A stretch of DNA of 62,827 bases, the filler included, from Nemertoderma westbladi (Eukaryota > Animalia > Xenacoelomorpha): the NCBI GenBank assembly GCA_032718475.1. It is 3 parts of 3 records of this genome, joined end to end, with 100 filler letters (N's around TTAATTAATTAA, not from the genome) between each part and the next. Parts side by side here need not be neighbours in the genome. Positions count along the whole stretch, not along the records: positions 1 to 26,199 come from JAUCBJ010002420.1; 2 more parts are not named here. One strand, written 5' to 3'. The position numbers were made by a program, and so were the translations under genes. Positions 1-10,610 of the stretch are shown here, one piece after another (positions within the stretch are counted from its first letter, which is position 1; each line of letters opens with the position of its first letter). The notes under the pieces were generated by a model. The model made no database searches. It saw only the letters and a list, made by a program, of their open reading frames with translations, and was not told where the DNA came from.

Positions 1-20
1 CAGACGATAACCCAGCGGAC

Positions 21-1742
21 TTGTTGTCGAGGGGCGTAGAACGCCACACTTTCCTGAAAAAGGAAGTATTGTGGCAGCATGGGCCACAATTTCTGAGCGA
101 TAAGGAAGCCTGGCCGCCGATGAGGAAGGTGGACCCGGGCTCGGAAGTAGTATCAGAAGGAGAAGAGGGAGATTCAGAGAGAGAAGAGATATACTCCCAG
201 ATGGTGAGGGAGATTAGGGACGTGCAACCAGGACGGGAACTGTGCGATAACCCGACGGATAAACTCCTCAGCTACAGTTCTAGTTGGTATAAGACCAAGA
301 AACTAGTGGCGTACTGGAGAGCCTTCGGGAATTTCCTTGCAGGACTTGGCAAGGACAAGAAGATCAGGACAACCATAGATCTGGAAGGAGCGGCCAAGGC
401 AGTGATCCGCTATGAACAACGGAGGAACTATGGCGACGAGGTGGAACGCGTCGGTAACCAACAGCACCTCCGACGGGACAGCAAGCTGATTACGCTGTCG
501 CCACAACTCAATGACGATGGGATTCTAGTAATGAATTCTAGGGTGGGATACAACAACAGCATAGTCGTACCACCGAAACCCATCATCATTCCTACAGGAT
601 CGCCAATAGTCCACCAGATTATATGGGACTCCCACAAATCGATATTGCATGGGGGCACCAACCGAACCCTCACAGAGATAAGGAGGACCTATTGGGTCAA
701 ACAATTAAGGAAGAAGGTTAAAGCGGTAGTGGGGCAGTGCCAGACCTGCCGACGAGCGAAGAAGGAGCGAGCCGTACAGGAGATGGCGCCACTACCGGCG
801 AGTAGGGTAAGACAGCACGACCCGCCATTTACGCATTGCGGTGTGGACATGTTCGGGCCGATAAAGATCAAAGTGATGCGACACACGGAGAAACGCTACG
901 GCATCATCTTCGTATGCAACAACACACGGGCGGTAGGGATAGAACTCGCCCAAGATGCAACTGCATCAGCATTCATTAATGCCTTAGAAAGGTTTAGGGA
1001 CCGCAAAGGTGGGACGATCGCAGTGATATACAGCGACAACGGCACCAACTTTGTGGGCGCAGAGAGTGAGATGGCAGAGGCCTTGGACATCTTGGAGGGA
1101 GAAGAAGTCAGGGCAGCCATGAGGCGACGACAAGTAAAGTGGGAGAGAAGGACGCCGTATGCACCACATACACTAGGGTGCGTCGAGAGACTGGTGGGCA
1201 GTTCAAAGCGTCTAATGACGAAGCTAATGAACACCCACATGGTCACTGAGGACGTCTTACGGACAGTACTTGCGAAGTGCGAGGGGATCATTAATAGCAG
1301 ACCGCTATATCCGGAGAATGATGACCCTGAGTCGTTAGACGTGCTGACGCCTAGCCATTTCCTGATGGAAAGGCCAGCGACCATCGATATGCGGGGTGTA
1401 GACCCAGATGACATACACTCCCGCCAAAGTTGGAAAGTCGCTAAAGCAATAAGCGCAGAGTATTGGAGGAGGTGTGTCGAGGAATACCTACCCACACTCC
1501 ATAAACGAAGCAAGTGGAGGAAGTCAAACAGGGAGTTAAGAGAGGGAGATCTCGTAATCGTTACGGATGATACTATCATCAACAACCAATGGCGGTTGGC
1601 GAGAGTTGTAGGCACCTACTCCGATGAGGACGGAAGAGTCCGATCGGTAGAAGTGCGGATAGGTGGAAAGATAGGTGCGAAGGACAGAAAAACCTACAGG
1701 AGAGCTGTAGGCAAATGCTGTCTGTTAGAAGGGGCACCTTAG
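21..1742 (+). CDS. BEL/Pao Pol C-terminus: end of RNase H region, H2C2 zinc finger, integrase core, C-terminal domain (5'-partial)
   Basis: Frame opens upstream with NPADLLSRG...LWQHGPQFL. It then has H-x4-H...YW...CQTC, the integrase core VDMFGP / YSDNGTNFVGA / GCVERLV, and LTPSHFL...YWRR...EYLPTL...KW, typical of Pao elements. Confidence 0.93.
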   Translation: MLSRGVERHTFLKKEVLWQHGPQFLSDKEAWPPMRKVDPGSEVVSEGEEGDSEREEIYSQMVREIRDVQPGRELCDNPTDKLLSYSSSWYKTKKLVAYWRAFGNFLAGLGKDKKIRTTIDLEGAAKAVIRYEQRRNYGDEVERVGNQQHLRRDSKLITLSPQLNDDGILVMNSRVGYNNSIVVPPKPIIIPTGSPIVHQIIWDSHKSILHGGTNRTLTEIRRTYWVKQLRKKVKAVVGQCQTCRRAKKERAVQEMAPLPASRVRQHDPPFTHCGVDMFGPIKIKVMRHTEKRYGIIFVCNNTRAVGIELAQDATASAFINALERFRDRKGGTIAVIYSDNGTNFVGAESEMAEALDILEGEEVRAAMRRRQVKWERRTPYAPHTLGCVERLVGSSKRLMTKLMNTHMVTEDVLRTVLAKCEGIINSRPLYPENDDPESLDVLTPSHFLMERPATIDMRGVDPDDIHSRQSWKVAKAISAEYWRRCVEEYLPTLHKRSKWRKSNRELREGDLVIVTDDTIINNQWRLARVVGTYSDEDGRVRSVEVRIGGKIGAKDRKTYRRAVGKCCLLEGAP

Positions 1743-1883
1743 TAGAGTTAAAGAAAAGTTTAGTCGTCCAGTTTTGGACTGAGGGGGGTGGGATTGAAGG
1801 CGAGACGCCCTTCCCACAAACAAAAATAAAAATAATAAAATAAAATAATAGTACATGGTAGGTACGCAGTTAGTAGGCAGAAG

Positions 1884-2243
1884 TTAGTTAGAGGGTACGT
1901 AGTACCGCTAGTTAGTTAGAGTTAGAAGGTACGTAGTACCTAGTTAGTTAGAGAGTTAGAAGGTACGTAGTACCGATAGTTAGTTAGAGAGTTAGAAGGT
2001 ACGTAGTACTGATAGTTAGTTAGAGAGTTAGAAGGTACGTAGTACCGATAGTTAGTCAGAGAGTTAGAGGGTACGTAGTACCGATAGTTAGTTAGAGAGT
2101 TAGAGGGTACGTAAGTACCGCTAGTTAGTTAGAGAGTTAGAGGGTACGTAAGTACCGCTAGTTAGTTAGAGAGTTAGAGGTTACGTAGTACCGTTAGTTA
2201 GAGAGAAAGTAAGAGTTAGAGGGTACGTAGTACCGTTAGTTAG
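1884..2243 (+). repeat. Tandem repeat, about 10 copies of a 33-37 bp unit (GTTAGTTAGAGAGTTAGARGGTACGTAGTACCGMTA) between pol and the extra ORF
   Basis: Direct reading of the periodic sequence. Confidence 0.93.
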
Positions 2244-2727
2244 AAGAGAGAGAGTAAGAGGTAAAAGGGGATATAGATATAGATATTAGTTAGCAGTTAG
2301 TAGAGAGAGGGAGTACAGCTGGGTAAGTCGTGTGGCCACACGATGCATACTGCTGTACTGCATAGGCCAGAATACAGAGTAGGCCAGAATGTGGATTAGA
2401 GAATAGAATAATCCATAGGCAATAGTAAGTAGTAGGACACTAGAATCAAAGTTAAAATAGATAAATAAATAGAATAGGGCTGAAAGTTACAAAATAATGG
2501 CAACACTAGGAAAGTTATTCTAGAACATAATAAAAGTAACGGACAGAAATTGTAAATTACGCTCATTTACTAGCTTCAAAATTAATTAGTGATAATTTAG
2601 GTTAAAAGGCGCAGTTAAGTAGGAAATAGGCCATTATCGAACCGTACAGAACATCTTAGATACATCACTCATCTGTATTGCGCCTTGGTAAGGCACCACC
2701 TTGCAGGTGAGCGAGTGAACGTACGGA

Positions 2728-5277
2728 ATGGCGAGTAAGTTGATCAGAAAGAGAAAGGCGGAGTCAGGAGGAAAGGAGATACAGGTGGATTTCACCGAGA
2801 GGCATCCGGAAGAGAAGACGAGAGGATACTACGAGAGGTTGGAAAGGGGTCACGCGGCGCGAGCGCTGCAGGATCACTTCAGGGAGATGCACGAACAGCG
2901 GCTGGTCGGGACCTACGGGACGCCGTCGCTGGACAACGCGATCTTCCAACACTTCCACTACGTGGTGAAAGGGGACGAGGCGAAGTTCGGGATTCCGAAG
3001 TACCCGAGGGAATCACCGAGGTAGGACTGGAAGAGATTCATAGAGTCCGTCAACAGAGGAGGATATATGATCCTAGACGACGAGGGAACCGTGGAAGACG
3101 AGGCGGGTTCGAGACGAGGAACGGCGGGGTCGGCCAGGACCATACTCCTACATTTGGCCGCGCCAAATGGGGACATCTTCTTATTCGACCTAGGGACGTA
3201 TGGGAAGAAGGACGGGCCGAAATTAAACCGGTTACCGAAAACGGTACAAGTCTTAGTAAGAGAGAAGTCGACGACGAAAGTGGGATCGGCGATTCGCGAG
3301 GATGCGGAGAGAATCATCAGTCCGGACGCCACCAACCTCCTGGATATGCAGAAGGTCTTTATGGCTATGATGGCACCGGATGGGTTCGGGGTAGTCGAAA
3401 ACACAGGCCAATGCGGGGCGGTGGCAATGGGCCAATTATTGGGGCTCGTATGCCACAAACCGATGGACTGGGGGAAGTTTAGGGAAGAATAAGGAGCAGA
3501 ACTAGCGAACTCGCTAAAGTGGGGAGCGAGACCGGGAAAGCAGGAGGTATATCAGTTCCGCAGGGGAGCGATAAAGGTATATCAGAAGCGATATATCCTG
3601 CAGGAGGACTGGATGATGATAAGTTTGCTTAACTTATTCATGACCGTGGTTATCGAGAGGGAACCAGGGGCATTTCTGTTATCGGGATCACCCCTAAGCT
3701 ACAGGAGAGCCTTTAAGACGGCCTTTGACGGTCTGGTAGACCACCCGGGGCTGAAGGGCGAGTCGGTGTACTACAACAGCCGGCATCTGGTAGACGGGGA
3801 GACAGATACACCGTATCAGAGATGGGAGCAGCTAGAGACGGATAGACGAGAAGCAAAGCGACTGGAAGAAGTCGCTAGACGGGAGAGGATAGAAGCAGAG
3901 GAGAGGGAAGAGGAGGCCAGGACACAGAGTTACGGCTTCGAGGAACAGGCAGGCCTAGACAAACTTCATTGGACTTCATCAGGGAGTTCGGGGGAGTCTC
4001 TAGGGCGAGAATTGGGATGGACGGTGGGATCGCCGAAACAGTCGACGTCGGGGTTGCAAACGATGCCCATACCAGCGGGCGCCGAGGGCGACCAACCGCC
4101 AAGGAAGTTAAGGGAGCTAGAGGGATGGAGAGCTACGGGGGAGAGCCAAGGCGGGAAGGGACATAGTGGATCCATCGGGATACTGGGATTGGAGACACTA
4201 CCAGAAGAGGAGGACGACGACGACGAGTTCGGAGAGATGCCGCCCATCGAGAGGATAGGCCACTCGGACACGGACTGGGTTGGCGGAAGGGTGGTGACGG
4301 CCAGTGGGGCGAGGGCCTTCTGGAACAGATCCGGCAAGCGGACCTGGGTGCACGAGGAGCCGGCGATGGATTTCGCGGGGAGCACCATCAGGTTGGGCGA
4401 GCAACCGGGGACGGCACCACGGATAGTATTCGGGGAGACGATGCCCGAGAGGGGCGGAGAGATCGACGTAGATAGAGAGACCAACGTAGAGAAGTTCGCC
4501 TACCAGCGACTCCACAGACCGCGGAGATCGCTTGGGACGAAAGACGAGGTGGGACGGGAGACATTGGTACTCGGCTGCGACTACTGTGGGAGACAGACCC
4601 ATCGGGAAAGCAGCTGCCTATACCGGTTCCAAAAGGGAACCTTTTGTCTCTACTGCAGAGAACCAAGCCACAGGATGAGGGCGTGTCCACGGTTGCATAA
4701 CCGATGTCCAAAGTGCCACTTTCGGGGACACTACGGACGCGAGTGCGACTGGATGAACGACGAGGAGAAGTTCACAAGATTCGAGGAGTGGGCCGACGTC
4801 GGGGCCATGACGCGCCAGCGCATGAAAGCCCAGGAGTTCAAGTGGGGTTTCTTCCTTATCAATCAGGAGACTCACATGGAAATCATAAAGCGGAGGCTAC
4901 CGTTTACCTACCAAGAGGTAGCAACGGCGGCGTCGTACGCTGGAGTGATGAACACGCAAAGGTATTTGGACAGGTGGACGCCAGAGAACCGAAGGGAGTT
5001 TAGGGATTTCTTGGCGGAGCACGTACCAAAGGCAATGAAAATGATCCTATGGGACGCCACCAGAGGGAGACAACCGGGCCACTCTGAGGGGCCACCGGCG
5101 AAGCGATATCGGGCACTAATAACACCAGCGCCCAAGGAGCCAACGACCGGGATCAGCAAGGAAGTGGCGGCGAAGGTCCGAAAGCAGAAAGCGGACGATG
5201 CCAGAGGAACGGTGATAACCAAGAAACGACCCAGGGAAGAGGACGCCAGGGGGAACTATCCCCAGAGGAACACATAG
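2728..5277 (+). pseudogene. Element 1 extra ORF (env position): DEDDy-like 3'-5' exonuclease domain plus three CCHC zinc knuckles, with two in-frame stops
   Basis: ORFs 2728-3024, 3067-3492 and 3613-5277 share one frame, broken only by TAG (3022) and TAA (3490). Motifs: ILDDEG (ExoI, 3076-3084), LPKTVQVLV...KVGSAIRED (ExoII), LLDMQ, QKRYILQED (ExoIII-like, 3592). CX2CX4HX4C occurs three times at 4576-4746. Confidence 0.75.
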
Positions 5278-6007
5278 GTTCCCAGAGCCGAGGGAGAGAG
5301 ACTGAGACTTGGACGTGGTGCGCCTGGAAGGCACCGCGTGGGACGTACGAACTATTAAATACAAATTTAATTAATGCAAATAATCATATAAGTGCAATTT
5401 GTATGTACGTATGTAGTAATTAGTAATCTACGAATATATAAGCTCGAAGTAAGTACTATAGTCATACAACCTTTCTCAATTAGCTACTGGGACTGGGGGA
5501 TAACTGACTATGGCACTATGGACGAGACACCAGACAATTTCACACTTCTTGAGTGCGACGGCACAAGAGGGGGGGGGGGGGGGGGGGGAGATTCGTCAGA
5601 AGGGATGAGGTAGTCAGAGTAGGGTTGAGGGACAGAGTAGTTAGTGCGAAGTGCGGAGAGAGTGCGGGCGCAATTCTAGTGTGGGGGTGGGGGGGGGGAG
5701 AATAAGAGGCTGAGTGAGTGACGAGGAGGTCCGAGTATATGAGAGAGCTAGGGTGAGAGTGAAGAAGAGATAGGGCGGAAGTGTTGGGGAAACAAAGGTT
5801 GCGTGAGAGGTGAGCGCGATCGGCCCGACATGAGACGCCAGGCACACAGGGTAGCGTTATCATACCCATAGGGGGCGGCCTGGAAAGCCGACTCCGAGAG
5901 AAAAGAATTCCACCCCACACCCGATACTAGATCGGGATCCAGCGGGATTGTAGCGCACTTTGAGGTGGATGCTATCTTCTCACCGGGAAGATAGCATGGG
6001 GGGGGAG

Positions 6008-6546
6008 TGTTAGCTTATTCAATCCCGCTAACCCAAACCCTAAAGTAAGCCAATAAGCAATATTGGGGGCCACGAGATTGGGTAACCCAATCTCGCGTCA
6101 CCCCAACAAAGTGGGAAGGAGAAACAGACAATGAGGGTCAGGGGCCAAACCCCTAACAAAGAGAGAATAGGTGGAGTGAACGGGAACACTCCAAAGGGCA
6201 CCAACAAGGGTATCAACCAATCAGAGGGGGGAAAGGCATCAGCTAGGTACAGTAACAAGGCCAACCCGTGCAATATAACCAGTTGGCAGTAATCATCTCA
6301 TTCAGTTATCTCAGTGTTATTGGTGTTACAGTAGCAATAGTTTAGCTAGGGAAGTACCGGGACTTCAATTACCGTCTCCCGCCTTCCATATACAACAATA
6401 TATTACCAGCCATTATCTATATCTATATTATATATCCCGAGTATTATATACGACGAACAACGCAAACTCTTTTATCTTTCACACATGGCGGGGACGCGTG
6501 AACTGACAAACCGGATAAACCGGGATCCTTCCTGGATCCCGTCACA
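6008..6546 (+). repeat. LTR (539 bp, TG...CA) of BEL/Pao element 1
   Basis: Preceded by a PPT, starts TGTTAG, ends GTCACA, and aligns along its whole length with 7289-7833. Confidence 0.92.
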
Positions 6547-6558
6547 TGGTATTTCGAG
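6547..6558 (+). promoter_or_regulatory. Putative primer-binding site (TGGTATTTCGAG)
   Basis: Starts with TGG immediately after the LTR end. 10/12 match to the tRNA-Tyr-type PBS TGGTCCTTCGAG common in BEL/Pao elements. Confidence 0.6.
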
Positions 6559-7288
6559 TAATCTGGGCCATGTGTCCTCCTATACTCCTAATAATGTTCT
6601 CCTGGCTTCCAGTCGAACTTACCATGTCCGGTGCCTGCAATCTGGTTTGCGGGACGGTAAGGAAGTCATCGGTTCTACCGTCGCCACACGCTACGGCTTC
6701 CGGTATTTCCGATCGTGGTACTGGCAACGCATGCAGTGTGACATCGGTAGAATCGCGAGTCCTCCTTCTCGGGTCGTCTACTGTCAATCTGTCTGGGTCA
6801 CACGAATCATAGTCGGTAGGTGGGTATCGAGTCAAATGTGGTGTATCACTCATGTCTGTATTATATACGTCAAATATGGGTAATAAATGTCAAAATGTCA
6901 GAATGTCAAAATGTCAAAATATCAAAATTTACCTCGGTATATATATATACTATATATACCCTAACCGGTACAAATAAAATCAAAAGGTATATAATAAAAT
7001 AATGATAATTCAGCCTACCGGCTAAATCTGTACGAATAAGTGAGATAACGGTATACGTTACCAAAATGTAGATCAACAAGTACAGATAATAGGCAAAACA
7101 GCAACGTCTAATGGGAAAATAAGTACCAACAACACTACTAATTAGACAGTGAAACCCACAAATTTTGAGTACTACTGTGCACTTAAGTTTGAACGACACG
7201 AGTCGTAAAACTCGTCTTCCAGTTGTGCAAATTCCGCACTTTTTTGGTTGATGCTATCTTCTTACCGGGAAGATAGCATGGGGGGGAG

Positions 7289-7833
7289 TGTTAGCTTATT
7301 CAATCCCGCTAACACCCCATAAAGTTATAAGCCGATAAGCAATATTGGGAGCCACGAGATTGGGTAATTAACCAACTCGTGCCATCCCAATAAGAATGGG
7401 AAGGAGAAGCACACAATGAGGGTCAGGGGCCAAACCCCTAACCCAGAGAGAACAGGTGGAGTGAACGGGAAAACTCCAAAGGGCGCCAACAAGGGTATCA
7501 ACCAATCAGAGGGGGGAAAGGCATCGATTAGGTAGAGTAACAAGGCCAACCGTGCAATATAGCCACTTGGCAGTAATCATATCGATTCAGTTATCTCAGT
7601 GCAATACCGGTGCTAGATTAGGTTACATAGTTTTAGCTAGGGAAGGACCGGGACTTTAGTTACCGTATCCCGCCTTCCGTATACGACAATATTATCTCAT
7701 ATCTATATCTATATCTATATCTGCATATCATATTATATACGACAAACAGCACAAACTCATTCACTCCTTATACACGGCGGGGACGCGTGAACTAACAACG
7801 GATAAACCGGGATCCCTCTTGGATCCCGTCACA
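7289..7833 (+). repeat. Second, diverged copy of the element 1 LTR (545 bp), with its own PPT
   Basis: Same TGTTAGCTTATTCAATCCC start and GGATCCCGTCACA end. Preceded by the same GAAGATAGCATGGGGGGGAG PPT. Many substitutions and indels relative to 6008-6546. Confidence 0.92.
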
Positions 7834-10239
7834 CATATTCCATTATAGTTTTTAATTAGTTCAAGAGATTTGCTTTAATAAATGTGTTTTTAATTGTTCT
7901 AAATGTAATTAAGTTACAATGCATTCCATCACTCTATACTTCCAGTCTCATCATTCCTTGGCATTCTTGATATTGCCTATTTGATGGGAAACACGTTCGT
8001 GGGGCCATCGCGCAGGACGAGGCTCAGTTATCAGATACATATTAAAATTGATGCTCGTACAACACATGTAATAAAATTTAAGAAATTCCACCAAAAAATA
8101 ATTTATTTTACTTTAATTGCCTGGAAAAAAGTAAAATCAATGCAATACTATGGGTTACTTTTTTCTCTACAGAAAAAATAGTCATTTTTTCCCGATTTTA
8201 GGGTATATTCGAGCGAAAGAGTAACAATTTAAAAATAAAATTTCATAAAAATTTAAACCGTACTGTGTTTGGTTATCAACCTCGTACAGTTTGTAACTCC
8301 GAGCGCTACCTGCACACCAGCAGCACAGTATTAAAGGCCTGCACCACCACCCAGTTGAGTTACAGAAGTTGTTTGGTGGTCTAAAATTTGGTTGCCTAAA
8401 AACTAGGAGAACTTTAATGAATATTTTGTTTCTGTTTAGTTTCTATTGGAGCTTAGGATCCAGTGGATCTCATCTGGATCGCCCCGACAGACCACATCGA
8501 CATTGTCGGATATACCGTCCGTATTGTCTGACAGTCGGACGGGAGCAGGCTCTACCTGCAGAGTACGGGTTCCAGGTTGCCGTGGTTACTGGGGGTCTTA
8601 CGGTGGATTCGGTACAGTTGTGTCAGTACAACCCGGTTAGTTCGGCTAATTATATTTCAATAAAACGTATTTTATATTTCTTTCATTCTACTAGTAAGGT
8701 TATTGTTCGCGCTTTTAGACCTTTAGCAGTTTAACCCGCCAATTTTAGGTGTCTTCTAGTTTATAAATCGACTTTAGCCTATAAAACTGTTTAGTACACA
8801 TAAAGTAACATTAGCCGAAACCAGTCTATGCGCGACCATTCACCCACTGTTAAGGGAGACTGGATTCGGATGCTTTGATCTTATTGCGGTGCAGACCTAC
8901 CGTATTATTCGATTGATCGTTACTATATAATCTCTGACAAATATTATTTACTTTCGGGAAATATTAACAGTTACTTTAGGACGCGGCGCTCTAAGTATGT
9001 AAACAGAGTTATGACTTACACTAAACACAACGGGATGGCTAATGATTTTCGTTTATAGCGCATTCTTTAGGAAATGCTTTGTTATCTATCACACTCCTGC
9101 ACACTACCACACACTGCTGCACACTGATCTGCCGACCTTCACTAAATTTGATCATATATAAGGAGAATAGCATCTGACACATGTAGAGATTATGAAATAG
9201 CATTCAATTCACTGCAAAACCACTATAATGTAAGTCGCAGTTGCTACAGGTAACTGGTCCCTCTTACCTTCAGTATATCAAGAAGATTGGGGTTTTATGA
9301 TTATTTATCGATAATCTCCAAATATAACAACATATCAATCAACATATATAATAATTAATAACCGACAGTAAACAGAAGTAAAATAATGGTGCAGGTGCAA
9401 AGAACGTGACTGGAGTAGCAATTTGATAACAGTTATACGTTCCTATAATCAAGCCGTCTAATGTTTGGCTAAAGTCTGAAACTCAGAATAATTCCAAAGC
9501 CGATGTTCTGGGCTCAGGAAAAGGTAAACAAAGACCGTAATGCATTGCATGATTTCCCGTAGGCTTCTGTACAAGATAAAATGAAAATCGCTCTGATTGG
9601 TCGAGTGAGCTGAACAAAGAGAGTTAAGAAAGCTCCACATCGACATCAAATCAGCTGATAGATTTCGTCATATGAAACTACACTGTATTAAGAGTATTTT
9701 GGCGCATTGCGGCATAAAATGGCTTGTTATGTCCGCATAGTACACATACAGAAAAAATGGCTTTTTATGTCCGCTAAAACACCTACACAGTACTTTGCGG
9801 GAAAAAATGACTGGTTATATCCGCAAAAGCTTTTACACCGCTCCCAGAAAATGGGATTTAATTCTATAAAATATAAAAAATCACAGTTTCTAAAATATAA
9901 AAATACTCTAAACAGTTAGTCTTTCTTGCGCGGACGGCGTTTACGCAGTTTTTTGAGGCTAGCAAGAGTCCTTTTCTCTTTGGGGCAAGCCACTTTACTA
10001 GGAGGACTATAACTCCTGGGTGAAGGGTGCAATACAATTGCATCGGAAGGTTTAGGATTACGGTCGGTGTATCCACCGGTCGGGGTACCCGGTTGATCGA
10101 TATCAACCTCAGTGGAGCGAGGTCGAACGGCCTTTAGAGCGCGTTTCAGGACAGCAGCTCTTACTGGTCCCTGACGAGTCGTCTGAACAAGAGCGGTAGG
10201 TGGACCATGGGCAGTGAGAAACTTCCTCGGTTTAATGGT

Positions 10240-10540
10240 TATTGGGATCGGAAATAAATGAATACCAGCTGCATCAGTTTATTAATGGTCGACATACAGA
10301 ACAGCATATCAAACAATAATAAGAACCAACAGACCAACGAACACACCCACCACCTTACAGCACATCAGTACAGCAGTACAGTAGGTACCGGTAACGGTTA
10401 CTGTACCTACAGACCTAGAAGATAGGAAAGACTGAATACCGGAATACCAGAAGAGGACCGGTAGCTAAAAGACCAGTAGGTTGGATCTAACCACCACCAA
10501 GCCAGGGTCTACTAGAGCCCTAACAATACATAATCTAACA
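10240..10540 (-). repeat. Gypsy 3' LTR (301 bp)
   Basis: Direct repeat of 14822-15122, adjacent to the PPT. Confidence 0.96.
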
Positions 10541-10610
10541 TCTCCCCCAAGAACAATGTAGGAGACATTTGTAGTGAAAAAAAAAATCCAACCACCACCA
10601 ATAGGTCAGT

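Larger units (their letters stand above)
1..6546 (+). mobile_element. BEL/Pao LTR retrotransposon, element 1 (3' half: end of pol, spacer, extra ORF, PPT, 3' LTR)
   Basis: Pol C-terminus with BEL/Pao-type motifs, uniformly purine-rich sense strand, PPT (GGGGGGGGAG) directly before TGTTAG at 6008, and LTR ending GTCACA at 6546. The 5' part lies outside the window. Confidence 0.88.

Noticed and set aside
2728-5277. env gene, or programmed stop-codon read-through, for the element 1 extra ORF
   Set aside because: No signal peptide or TM segment. The two stops differ (TAG, TAA), and the TAA aligns with Tyr in the element 2 homologue, so simple decay is more likely.
6485-6883. 132-aa ORF spanning the LTR end and PBS
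   Set aside because: It crosses the LTR/PBS boundary, has no Gag motifs, and its ATG is not conserved in the second LTR (ACG).
8280-9900. Possible 3' LTR of element 2 or a solo LTR (TGTAAC at 8292, AATAAA near 8658)
   Set aside because: No second copy, PPT, PBS or TSD could be identified in the window, so boundaries cannot be supported. ORFs 8369-8734 and 8446-8640 have no recognisable motifs.
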